DNA from: Halomicronema hongdechloris C2206
GTDB lineage: Bacteria > Cyanobacteriota > Cyanobacteriia > Phormidesmidales > Phormidesmidaceae
Direction: 5' to 3'
DNA: 32,000 bases
NCBI RefSeq assembly: GCF_002075285.3
Contig: NZ_CP021983.2
Location: forward strand, 2,010,001 to 2,042,000
The position numbers and the translations under genes were made by a program. Shown piece after piece: positions 16,349-24,609 of the stretch. The notes under the pieces are model-generated. The model did not search any database. It was given only the letters and a program-made list of their open reading frames with translations, and had not been told where the DNA came from. Positions within the stretch are counted from its first letter, which is position 1, and the number at the start of each line of letters is the position of its first letter.

Positions 16349-17227
16349 TTGGTGTTGTCAGGGGGGGCCAGCACTCACCTTGGGCGAGGAAAGGGTATTG
16401 GCCGGTATTTCCGGACACTTTGCCTTGGCGGAAAATCGACTGACTCGCCTGGCTCCTGGAACCCGTGGCTGCCAGATGCCTATGCCGTGACGGCAGGCAG
16501 TCTAGCGGCCCACTCTGAGTCGGGTGGCCTCAGTGACCAGCGGGGGTTGACCCGCTTCGGTGCGATCGCATCAGCCGATCTCCCCATCAATCTGATCAAG
16601 ACTCCCATAGCATTTCAGGCCACCCCCGATCGCCGCCTTGCCTATGAACTCGTGAGTCTGCAGCAGCCAGAGTCCCTACAGGGAGGCGGCACTCCCTGGC
16701 AACTCTGGTTTCGCGATCTCCCCGTCCAGACCCTAGATCCTGAACGCGGCGAATTTCGTCGCCAGGATACCGTTTCACCGGTGGCCAAAGAGCTTCACAG
16801 CGACATCAACGATCCCGAAGCCCTCTCCCGAGACCACAACTTTCTCAATGGCTATGAGTGGCGTTTGGCCGCCGAGGCTGCCCCACCGTTAGACCTCTTC
16901 GGCCTACACTTCTATCCCCTCACCCTAGAGCGAGTCGATATCCAAAATGACCAGGTGATGGTGGTGGAGATCGTCGGTCGCCTGCAGCTCCCCTTGCCCG
17001 GTCAAGACGAGAAGAAGACGCCACACGAAGAAAACGCCAATCCCGCATCTGAGCTTAAGGATCTCGGCAATGCCGTGCGCCTGCGTTACCAGCGCCAGAC
17101 GACTGAGGGCTCCTTAGAGCTGAGCCGGGTCAGCCTCGACTCGGCTGTGGCCGAATGGCCCCTGGCCCTGGATGCCAACGGAGAAATCACCGATGCCCCC
17201 TGCTCACCTGGCAGACCCTGCGGCTAG
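16349..17227 (+). CDS. large LamG-domain protein D, segment 1
   Basis: TTG 16349 / GTG 16352 lies 10 nt after the stop of gene C. The translation is protein-like from about 16465 (NPWLPDAYAVTAGSLAAHSESGGLSDQRGLTRFGAIASADLPINLIKTPIAFQ...) to ...LALDANGEITDA (about 17196). The first ~40 codons look out of frame, and frame 0 there reads PALTLGEERVLAGISGHFALAENRLTRLAPG. Confidence 0.55.
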   Translation: MVLSGGASTHLGRGKGIGRYFRTLCLGGKSTDSPGSWNPWLPDAYAVTAGSLAAHSESGGLSDQRGLTRFGAIASADLPINLIKTPIAFQATPDRRLAYELVSLQQPESLQGGGTPWQLWFRDLPVQTLDPERGEFRRQDTVSPVAKELHSDINDPEALSRDHNFLNGYEWRLAAEAAPPLDLFGLHFYPLTLERVDIQNDQVMVVEIVGRLQLPLPGQDEKKTPHEENANPASELKDLGNAVRLRYQRQTTEGSLELSRVSLDSAVAEWPLALDANGEITDAPCSPGRPCG

Positions 17228-17472
17228 TCGACGGGACCCTGCGCCTGGGGAGACCCAATGATACGGAGGGCGGCCAGGTGTGGTTGCGATTCTTCCGATT
17301 TGGTCAGGAATGGGCCTTGCCATTACCCGCCGATGCCCTGCAATTTCCCCAGCCCCAACCAGTGGTCTATGAATTTCCGCCGCCCTCATCCTCAGATTAT
17401 GTGTGGCCCCCAAGGCAGTCCATCTGCGCTTGGATATGGAGACTGCCAGCTACCAGCATCAAGCCTTTTTAG
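17155..17472 (+). CDS. protein D, short bridging segment (authentic part about 17197-17410)
   Basis: Frame 1 reads PLLTWQTLRLVDGTLRLGRPNDTEGGQVWLRFFRFGQEWALPLPADALQFPQPQPVVYEFPPPSSSDYVWPP between two C5 runs (17196-17200 and 17407-17411). Both ends of the tracked ORF look out of frame. Confidence 0.45.
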   Translation: MAPGPGCQRRNHRCPLLTWQTLRLVDGTLRLGRPNDTEGGQVWLRFFRFGQEWALPLPADALQFPQPQPVVYEFPPPSSSDYVWPPRQSICAWIWRLPATSIKPF

Positions 17473-19544
17473 ATCTCGGCCTGCGCCTGGGCCGCTCCCG
17501 CCCAGAGGGCGGCGAATCGCGCTCGGTGTTTGAGGCCCTGGTGCAGTTTTCCCTAGTATCTGCCTCGCTAGCTCCCACCTGGGAGCAGTCCAGCCTATTC
17601 TTCGGCGATCTGCAGGCGGGTGACGAGGCCGAAGTAGTAGCGACCCCCAGTAGTCTGCAGTTTCGCTGGCAAGGTTACACGGCCACCTCAAGCAATTTAC
17701 CGCCAACGGCATTACAATTGCTGCCCGGCATGCATTTGGACCGTCCTGAAGCAGCCGGAGGCTACGCTGTTTTAACCTTTGCCACGGCAGCGGCTCCAGA
17801 GGCACCGTCAGACGACTTACCAACCCCGGCGGTGTATCCGGTCTTCAGACTAACGGCTGCCTTCATGGAAACCCTGCTGTTTTGTCGTTGGGGCACATTT
17901 CTCCAGACACCAGCAACAACAGAAGCAACTCGCTCAGGGACACGCCAGCAAATCTATGGCTCCACCGCCGGCGATCTCACCGTTGGCTATACCGCCCGCT
18001 GGCAACTCGACCCCGACGCTCCCGCCGCCAACCCAGGTACCTGGCAAGAGTCCCTATTACTCAACGGCTTCCTAGAAGTCAAAAACGTGATCTCCTGGCC
18101 TCAAGCCCTGGAACTCAGCAGCCAGGCAGATGCCAACGGCGTGGTCATGACCACCCTAACCTTACCTGCGATTGAGACTCCCAACGGAGAAACCGCTGCC
18201 CTCAACCATGTGCGGCATACGGCCAGAGTGTTGTTCAATCAGCATGTCTTACCTCCGGAGCTGCTCGCCGCTGGTGCCGGAGAACTCTTTTTCCAGCTTG
18301 CTTCCGACCACTCATGGCAGTTTCTGGCCGTCGTCGAACACCAGCTGATCAACGTGGCCTCCACCTCTGACCTGGCTAGCCACCAACTCACGGGTGACCG
18401 GCGCTGGACCATTACCCAGGAAGTGCGGCTGGTTACCCCGGCGGGGTTCAAAACCTTCCTGGAAAGCCATCGCTCTGGTCAGACCATCGATGCGGTTATC
18501 GGCGTCGACAGCTTGGGCGATAGCAGTGATAGCTATCTGACCGCTAGCCTGCGGGATCAACTCACTGTCGGAGAAACCGCTGAACTGGATCGACTCTCTG
18601 AGAAAACCCTATTGGTGGAGATGAGCGCCGTGCACTGGGTGCGGCAACCGACCTCGACCTCAGCGGTCTCGGCGGCTACCACTCGAGGTAGCGGCACCAC
18701 TTTACAATTTCTCCCTAACGGCACCCAATTGGGCCTGCTCAGCAGCCCTGAGGATTATGGCGCCTCCGATCCCCATGACCCGGCTTGGCTGCTATTGACC
18801 TTACCGCTATTGGGCCGTTTGCAAGCTCAAGAGGCTGATGAGCTGCCAACCACCGTCACAGATGCCCTCAGTCCCCTGCAGGTGGATCCGATACTGCTGT
18901 TAGCCCAGCCATCTACCACAGTGACGAATCTACGGCTGCTGTCAGCCCTGACTCACTGGGGACGAGAGGATGCCATTACCCTGGCCGTGACTGGCTTCGA
19001 CACCGCTGCTGGCCGTACCTGGGCGCGTTTAGATCCCCTCTCTCTAGAAGAAAGCTGGTTCCGCCTGCAGACCCCGCCTCCGGAAACTAGTCCCGACAGC
19101 TTCCAGAGCATCTTGGCCGCCTTACCCGAGACCCCAGCCCGCCAGAGTCGAGCCGCCGCCCTGGCCCACGCCTTCCGAGTGGTCCGCCCTACCTATCCCC
19201 CCCAGACCTTGTCCATCTCTGCCTCGGAAAGCTCAGGAGATAATTTCCTCCACTGGCGTCCCCACAGCCTCTTAGCCCCCTCCGGGGTCAGTCGCCTAGG
19301 GGATGGCCTAGAGCTCCTGTATCGCTTCGATGGCAGCAGCGGAGACCAAATTCCCGACGATTCCCAAGTAGATCCGCCTCTGAACCTGACCATCGACAAT
19401 GCCGCCGCAACCGCGGAGTTTCTACCGGGGGAGGCCTACGAATTCGCCAAGCAACCATTATCCAGGCCTCGCCTCCAATCAATAAGCTCCTGGCGGCCTG
19501 CCGGGCCAGCAACGCCTTCACCCTGGAAATCTGGATTTCCTTAA
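17403..19544 (+). CDS. protein D, segment 3 (713 aa as tracked)
   Basis: A long, uniformly protein-like frame-0 ORF (..KAVHLRLDMETASYQHQAFLDLGLRLG...LLYRFDGSSGDQIPDDSQVDPPLNLTIDNAAATAEFLPGEAYEFAKQ). The last ~30 codons (PLSRPRLQSISSWRPAGPATPSPWKSGFP) look out of frame. Confidence 0.7.
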   Translation: MAPKAVHLRLDMETASYQHQAFLDLGLRLGRSRPEGGESRSVFEALVQFSLVSASLAPTWEQSSLFFGDLQAGDEAEVVATPSSLQFRWQGYTATSSNLPPTALQLLPGMHLDRPEAAGGYAVLTFATAAAPEAPSDDLPTPAVYPVFRLTAAFMETLLFCRWGTFLQTPATTEATRSGTRQQIYGSTAGDLTVGYTARWQLDPDAPAANPGTWQESLLLNGFLEVKNVISWPQALELSSQADANGVVMTTLTLPAIETPNGETAALNHVRHTARVLFNQHVLPPELLAAGAGELFFQLASDHSWQFLAVVEHQLINVASTSDLASHQLTGDRRWTITQEVRLVTPAGFKTFLESHRSGQTIDAVIGVDSLGDSSDSYLTASLRDQLTVGETAELDRLSEKTLLVEMSAVHWVRQPTSTSAVSAATTRGSGTTLQFLPNGTQLGLLSSPEDYGASDPHDPAWLLLTLPLLGRLQAQEADELPTTVTDALSPLQVDPILLLAQPSTTVTNLRLLSALTHWGREDAITLAVTGFDTAAGRTWARLDPLSLEESWFRLQTPPPETSPDSFQSILAALPETPARQSRAAALAHAFRVVRPTYPPQTLSISASESSGDNFLHWRPHSLLAPSGVSRLGDGLELLYRFDGSSGDQIPDDSQVDPPLNLTIDNAAATAEFLPGEAYEFAKQPLSRPRLQSISSWRPAGPATPSPWKSGFP

Positions 19545-19980
19545 CCGCCGATCAGCTCTTCCAGAATAATGCCCGCATTGTCACCCTGTCGGTGAATAAT
19601 CAGAACAGCTACTTCTCGCTGGTCATGCGGGATAACCGGAATGGTCACTATGCCCTGCGGCTGCAGACCAGTGACGGTGATGCCAGTATCGAGAGTGCCT
19701 TCAGCTCTATTGCCCCGGGGTTGACTCAACTGGTCTTCAGTCTTACCTCGGCGGGAACGGGCCATGTCTATGTCAATGGGGTAGAGCAGCCCCAGCAGCG
19801 CCAGTCTATCGCCGGTGCCTTATTTGCAGCGGATGACATCGCAGATGATCGCTTCAACCTGGCCTTTGCCAATGAAAATGGCAATTTCCCGCGGCCTTGG
19901 TTGGGGGAGCTTCACTACGCCGCCCTCTACAGCCAGCCCTTACCCGCCGCCGAGGTAGCCCATCATTATCAACTGGGCGT
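19313..19980 (+). other. LamG / concanavalin-A-like jelly-roll domain coding region, split by a frame break near 19446-19463
   Basis: Reading across the break gives LLYRFDGSSGDQIPDDSQVDPPLNLTIDNAAATAEFLPGEAYEFAKQ | TIIQASPPINKLLAACRASNAFTLEIWISLTADQLFQNNARIVTLSVNNQNSYFSLVMRDNRNGHYALRLQTSDGD...LTQLVFSLTSAGTGHVYVNGVEQ...RPWLGELHYAALYSQPLPAAEVAHHYQLG. This is the classic layout of LamG-like jelly-roll domains: FDGxxG..DxS start, FTLExWI strand, and a W.G.l....lY...L...Ev..hY end. Confidence 0.7.
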
Positions 19981-22387
19981 GGCGCTGTTAAGAACCTATC
20001 GCCAGCGTCCCTATCCCTGGCATGGCACTGGCTTACAACTACGGAGCAGCCGCCTCTGGAGTTCGACGGCTGATGCAGCGATTCAGCGCTACCCGGCGGC
20101 CACCCTATTACCGGCCCTGCTGCAGTTAGAAACTACCCCCAATCCCATCCCCTGTAGTTTGGCTGTCAGTCCCTACCTAGGGTTAGACTTTCGACCCGCT
20201 CAAGGGACATACGAGCGACGAATCGTCTCTGCCGAACTGCTGGGTCTAAATCCAACGTCTGGCCAGTTGCTGCCGGTAGCCAGCCACCTGTGGGAAGCCA
20301 CTCAAGATGCGATCGCCCTCGACGATGAGAGGTTGACTGCCAGCATCGACCAGTGGGCCCAGCAGACTCATATTCGCTTAGCCCCCGACTCGGCCATCGC
20401 CATCCTGCGATTGCGGGAGCTCCGGCAACTGACCTCGGAGAATCCAAATCAGACAATGGCTGTCTTACAGCCTCGATATCGCTTCCGCATCGTGCCCAAT
20501 ATCCAGATTCGCCAGTCGCTGACCCAACGCACCTTCAATCTCAGATCTCAGGTGAGCCAACTGCGGTTCCGGCAAGGACAATTTGGAGGATATCAGCTGC
20601 CGCAGAATCTGCACCCAGTAGAGCTGGCCCCACCCCAGGTGATCGGGGTTCAGCCCTTATACTTGCCTGAGCGACCCGAGTCAGATGCTGCGGGAGCATG
20701 GCCTTGGGGATTGAGTAGTTTGCGCCTCAGTGTGCAGTACACCCAGGACCAGCAAGGCGTGATCGGTCCCTATGATGACTCGGAAACTCTCTGGTGGCAG
20801 GCGCCCCAGTATGGTTTGCAGTTTCGCTCGGCCTTACCGGAAGATGGGCCTACTGCCGGGCTGCCTCCCTATTTCCGAGCCACAGCCATTAAGAGCTTGT
20901 TGCCGGTATTGCCGACGCCGCCCTTGCCGGCCATGGTGGATACTGATGCCTGGCAACCGATTCTGCCGGGCCACCTACACTATTTTCTGGTGGGAGATCG
21001 ACCGGGAGCTATGTTGGCCCTGCGCCACCAACTGCTGCGGCAGGCGGCCAGCGCTGGCAATCTGGTGTCCGGTAGTGTGCCGGTGCAGCACCGCTATCCC
21101 CGGCCTGTGCCCTTGCCCTCTAATCAAAACCCAAACACGGCGCTACGGACCTGGGCCAGTTATTTCGATCTGGGCAGCAGCCATCGCCTCACCCAGGCTC
21201 CCAGCGACACGGCCTTTTTCGCCGGTTTCTTAGATGAGAGTAGCGGGCTATTGCAACCTGCTCGAGGTCTAGAGTTAACGATCAGGGAGCCTGTCCAGGG
21301 TGTGATTGACTCCAGCTGGGACGGTCGTCTGGAATTCAGTGCTCAGGCCCAAATTGGATTTTCGCCGCAGTCAGAAGTTGTCGATGAGGCGTGGGACATC
21401 CAGGTGACGATTATCAGTGGTGGTCTCACCCTCACCTATGAGCAATTCCCAGAGGGTCACTATGACTTGAGTGCCGACCAACAGCAACGCCTACAGCGAT
21501 TGCTAGCGGAGCGACAACCAGGGGAAACCCTGACCGTGTGTGCCAAGGTAAACCCCAGGGCCATCGAGGATGGATTCTATCAGACCCTAACCTTCCCGCT
21601 GCGGCTGCGGGATCCGGACGCGTTACCGTTACCCCTGACCCCTTACTTCATTCATTTCGAAGATCCCGAGTACAATCGCCAGTTGGCCTCCTCGGCAGCC
21701 CATGCCGCCCGAGAGATTTCCTTGCCAGGCGATGGTGACGAGCTGGTCACCTACCGTGCTAAGTTGGCCTGCGATCGCAGAGAATACAATCCCGATAGCC
21801 AGATGGCCCTGCGCTACGACTGGGATGATGATGCCGTTACAGGCACTGCCGACCTGACCATCCAGCGCATCGATGCCAATGGCATTTCCGCCGACCTAGT
21901 GTTACTCAATGGATCCTTAACCGGGATTGCTCCCGGCCGACTGTTACAGTTTTCCCTGGCCGACCTGCGCCGACCCGGTCAAGAGCAACCGCCGCTGCTA
22001 CAGACGGGCATGGCCCTGCAATTGACCTTGACCTTGAGATCTAGGCAGGATGTGCCGATTGATAGTGATCCTGTGGTGCTCACCGTCACTATCGTGGCCG
22101 ATCCTGTGATTCCAACCCCTGACGCCGCCTATGCCCTGTTGCGACAACGGCAATCCGATGGAGTCGAGTGCGTCCGCTTCGCCTGGGGCCCCGCCGCCGG
22201 CCGCATCGAGCTGTTGCGGGCCGATGATTTGCGGACTGAAATCGTGCGCCGACGAGCCGTCTTTCAGTGGTCAGACACGGCCAGACCCCTAACGCCTGAA
22301 ACCTCTGACGGCATTCACTATGCCCTGCAAAAGATCGGTGCCACCGGGGCTACCCACACCACCGATTTCCAGTCGCCGGCATCCTAA
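19592..22387 (+). CDS. protein D, 3' segment (931 aa as tracked; the frame is open and protein-like from about 19455)
   Basis: Frame-2 ORF with no suspicious stretch, ending at TAA 22385-22387. The tracked GTG 19592 sits in the middle of the LamG domain, so it is not the true start. Confidence 0.75.
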   Translation: MNNQNSYFSLVMRDNRNGHYALRLQTSDGDASIESAFSSIAPGLTQLVFSLTSAGTGHVYVNGVEQPQQRQSIAGALFAADDIADDRFNLAFANENGNFPRPWLGELHYAALYSQPLPAAEVAHHYQLGVALLRTYRQRPYPWHGTGLQLRSSRLWSSTADAAIQRYPAATLLPALLQLETTPNPIPCSLAVSPYLGLDFRPAQGTYERRIVSAELLGLNPTSGQLLPVASHLWEATQDAIALDDERLTASIDQWAQQTHIRLAPDSAIAILRLRELRQLTSENPNQTMAVLQPRYRFRIVPNIQIRQSLTQRTFNLRSQVSQLRFRQGQFGGYQLPQNLHPVELAPPQVIGVQPLYLPERPESDAAGAWPWGLSSLRLSVQYTQDQQGVIGPYDDSETLWWQAPQYGLQFRSALPEDGPTAGLPPYFRATAIKSLLPVLPTPPLPAMVDTDAWQPILPGHLHYFLVGDRPGAMLALRHQLLRQAASAGNLVSGSVPVQHRYPRPVPLPSNQNPNTALRTWASYFDLGSSHRLTQAPSDTAFFAGFLDESSGLLQPARGLELTIREPVQGVIDSSWDGRLEFSAQAQIGFSPQSEVVDEAWDIQVTIISGGLTLTYEQFPEGHYDLSADQQQRLQRLLAERQPGETLTVCAKVNPRAIEDGFYQTLTFPLRLRDPDALPLPLTPYFIHFEDPEYNRQLASSAAHAAREISLPGDGDELVTYRAKLACDRREYNPDSQMALRYDWDDDAVTGTADLTIQRIDANGISADLVLLNGSLTGIAPGRLLQFSLADLRRPGQEQPPLLQTGMALQLTLTLRSRQDVPIDSDPVVLTVTIVADPVIPTPDAAYALLRQRQSDGVECVRFAWGPAAGRIELLRADDLRTEIVRRRAVFQWSDTARPLTPETSDGIHYALQKIGATGATHTTDFQSPAS

Positions 22388-22389
22388 GA

Positions 22390-22422
22390 CAAAAAACTCC
22401 CCCAGGATACCCCCAGGGGAGT
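22390..22422 (-). terminator. candidate intrinsic terminator read on the minus strand (may also act as a hairpin stop for the + strand locus)
   Basis: The minus strand reads ACTCCCC-TGGGGGTATCCTG-GGGGAGT followed by TTTTTT (forward A6 at 22391-22396, arms at 22396-22402 and 22416-22422). It sits between convergent genes: D ends at 22387 and the minus-strand gene ends at 22623. Confidence 0.5.
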
Positions 22423-22622
22423 GAATGGAACGCCATAGCGAGGAGTGCCGACCCAGAGCCCTATGATGGCTTAATGGGCTGAGCTCCTGTGCTGATGTGT
22501 CAATTGTTACCGACTCGCTACTGAAGTAGGGTGATGGTCATCATGTCTCTTGGTGACCTCTGTCTCCATAGCCGGTGACATCGCAGCCTTAACCCGATGA
22601 TGCAGATCACACCTGGACTCGC

Positions 22623-23300
22623 TCAACTACCACGTCTACAGTGGCCCTGAAAAGGAATGATCTGGTCCTCCGCTACCCCATAGGCAACGGCATCCCCTGA
22701 AAGGGCAATATCATAGCCGCCGGTAAACTCTCCAAAGGAGGGCAGGGTCAGCCGCCGTTGGGAGGGCTGCCAGTGAAAGCAGGGTAACCGTAAGCTATCC
22801 AGGGTAGTCTGCAGCCGGATCCGAGGATGGACATGACCGCAAATATTCACGAGAATGTCAGCGTCCATCACCGGTTGGGGTTCATGGCTCAGCAATACTG
22901 CATCCCGCTGCACCAACTCTTGCCAGCAGTGAATCGAGAGCTCTTCCCAGGCTGCCTTGAGAGGACGATCGTGGTTGCCCAGAAGCAAGTGCACTGATAT
23001 CGCCACCTCCTCTAAAAATCGGCACCAATGCTCTTTGACAGTCTCGACTAGCCCGATCTGACTGTGGAATAGATCACCCAAGATCCAGAGTTGTTGAGGT
23101 CGCCAGGTTTGGCACAACCGTTGCAGGCGCGCCAACGTGGCATCGTTGATTTGGCTGGATACTGGCACACCATGAGCTTGAAAGGTCTCCGGTTTACCCA
23201 GATGCACATCGGCCACCAGCAGCGATCGCATCGCCTCAATATACACAGCCCGCTGCGGCAGCAACTGTAACCGCACCGATCCCAACACTAGTTCTTGCAT
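22623..23300 (-). CDS. pdeM: PdeM-type (ligase-associated) calcineurin-like metallophosphoesterase; the tracked ORF extends to 23408 but ATG 23300 is the more likely start
   Basis: LQLLPQRAVYIEAMRSLLVADVHLGK ... LWILGDLFH ... LLLGNHD ... ICGHVHP ... LRLPCFHW...LPSFGEFTGG matches the motif order of PdeM-family phosphoesterases. The M37 start (MQELVLGSVRLQLLP..) leaves a 111-bp divergent promoter region before ttcA, instead of 3 bp. Confidence 0.75.
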   Translation of the reverse strand: MQELVLGSVRLQLLPQRAVYIEAMRSLLVADVHLGKPETFQAHGVPVSSQINDATLARLQRLCQTWRPQQLWILGDLFHSQIGLVETVKEHWCRFLEEVAISVHLLLGNHDRPLKAAWEELSIHCWQELVQRDAVLLSHEPQPVMDADILVNICGHVHPRIRLQTTLDSLRLPCFHWQPSQRRLTLPSFGEFTGGYDIALSGDAVAYGVAEDQIIPFQGHCRRGS

Positions 23301-23411
23301 CTGTTTTCTCACAGCCGTCTCTATAGTCTGATCGGGAAGGGACCACAACCCTAGCTTGAGTCCTATCACCCCTGTTCTTACAATAGGCAGTGATTCCGCC
23401 GGGCCCAACCT

Positions 23412-24263
23412 ATGGATTCCAGTACAATACCCACCTCCAAAAGCTTCAAAAAATTACAGGCGCGTCTGCGGGGGCTGGTGGGCAAAGCCATTCATCACTA
23501 CGGCATGATCCGAAACGGCGATCGGGTCATGGTCTGTGTCTCTGGCGGCAAAGATTCCTATACCCTGTTGGATCTACTGCTGAGCCTCCAGCGCAATGCT
23601 CCCATCTCGTTTCAGATCCTGGCGGTTAACCTAGACCAAAAACAGCCTGGCTTTCCGACCCAGGTATTACCTGAGTATTTCGAAGCGAAAGGTATCCCCT
23701 ATCGCATCGTCGAACAAGATACCTACAGCACTGTTAAGCGAGTAGTTCCTGACGGCAAAACCATGTGTGGCCTTTGTTCGCGGCTGCGGCGGGGGATTCT
23801 CTACCGAGTAGCGGCAGAGGAGGGAGCCACCAAGATCGCCCTAGGCCACCACCGAGATGACATCGTCGAGACCTTCTTCCTCAACCTATTCCATGGGGGA
23901 CAGCTGAAAGCCATGCCCCCGAAGCTCCTCACCGATGACCACCGCCACATCGTAATTCGCCCCCTGACCTACTGCCCAGAAGCCGATATCGCTCGCTACG
24001 CTCGTCAGCGCCAATTTCCCATCATTCCCTGCACCCTCTGTGGCTCCCAAGACACCCTGCAACGGCAGCAGATCAAGCAGATGCTGCAGACTTGGGAACG
24101 AGAATGGCCAGGACGGACAGAGCAGATCTTCCGCAGCCTCCAGACCGTGGCCCCCTCTCAATTGGCCGACCGGGACTTGTTTGACTTTGCCAACCTCGAT
24201 GCCCAGCGCTCACGACTCCAGGACAGCCCATCCCCAACTAAAGTCTTTGCAGAGAAAACATAG
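23412..24263 (+). CDS. ttcA: tRNA 2-thiocytidine(32) synthetase TtcA
   Basis: PP-loop SGGKDS ([16 protein letters not shown]), [10 protein letters not shown] and PCTLCGS cysteine motifs, HHRDD; 283 aa, the full length typical of TtcA. Confidence 0.9.
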   Translation: MDSSTIPTSKSFKKLQARLRGLVGKAIHHYGMIRNGDRVMVCVSGGKDSYTLLDLLLSLQRNAPISFQILAVNLDQKQPGFPTQVLPEYFEAKGIPYRIVEQDTYSTVKRVVPDGKTMCGLCSRLRRGILYRVAAEEGATKIALGHHRDDIVETFFLNLFHGGQLKAMPPKLLTDDHRHIVIRPLTYCPEADIARYARQRQFPIIPCTLCGSQDTLQRQQIKQMLQTWEREWPGRTEQIFRSLQTVAPSQLADRDLFDFANLDAQRSRLQDSPSPTKVFAEKT

Positions 24264-24609
24264 AGTCTTGATTTTCAACCCGATAGGACAGGTTAAGGTT
24301 GTTAAGAAATATAGTCCGGGCTCGGGTGTTTATGCCTAATCTAGGTCGCGATTTAGAGCATTTCCTTGAGAAAGCTTCAGATCTGGCCTCAGACAAGGTG
24401 AAAACCCCGAAAATACTCTCTAGATTTGGGATTTCCCGCAAATACTACTATTTCTCTCGTGTAACGCGGCAGTCCAATAAGATGCTCAGTTAGGATGATC
24501 AGTTTCCCAGTTCATGTTGGAACTATGGGATTAGTCGCAACTGTGCTTACACAGTACTACCGCTGGACCCTGGAGAAACCCTGTCATACAGAAGGAAACA
24601 TTAGACATT

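Noticed and set aside
24238-24493. Small ORFs (24040..24339 +, 24238..24441 -, 24299..24493 +) in the ttcA-gmd spacer.
   Set aside because: They overlap each other and the end of ttcA and have no coding-like composition. The region is more likely the gmd promoter and leader.
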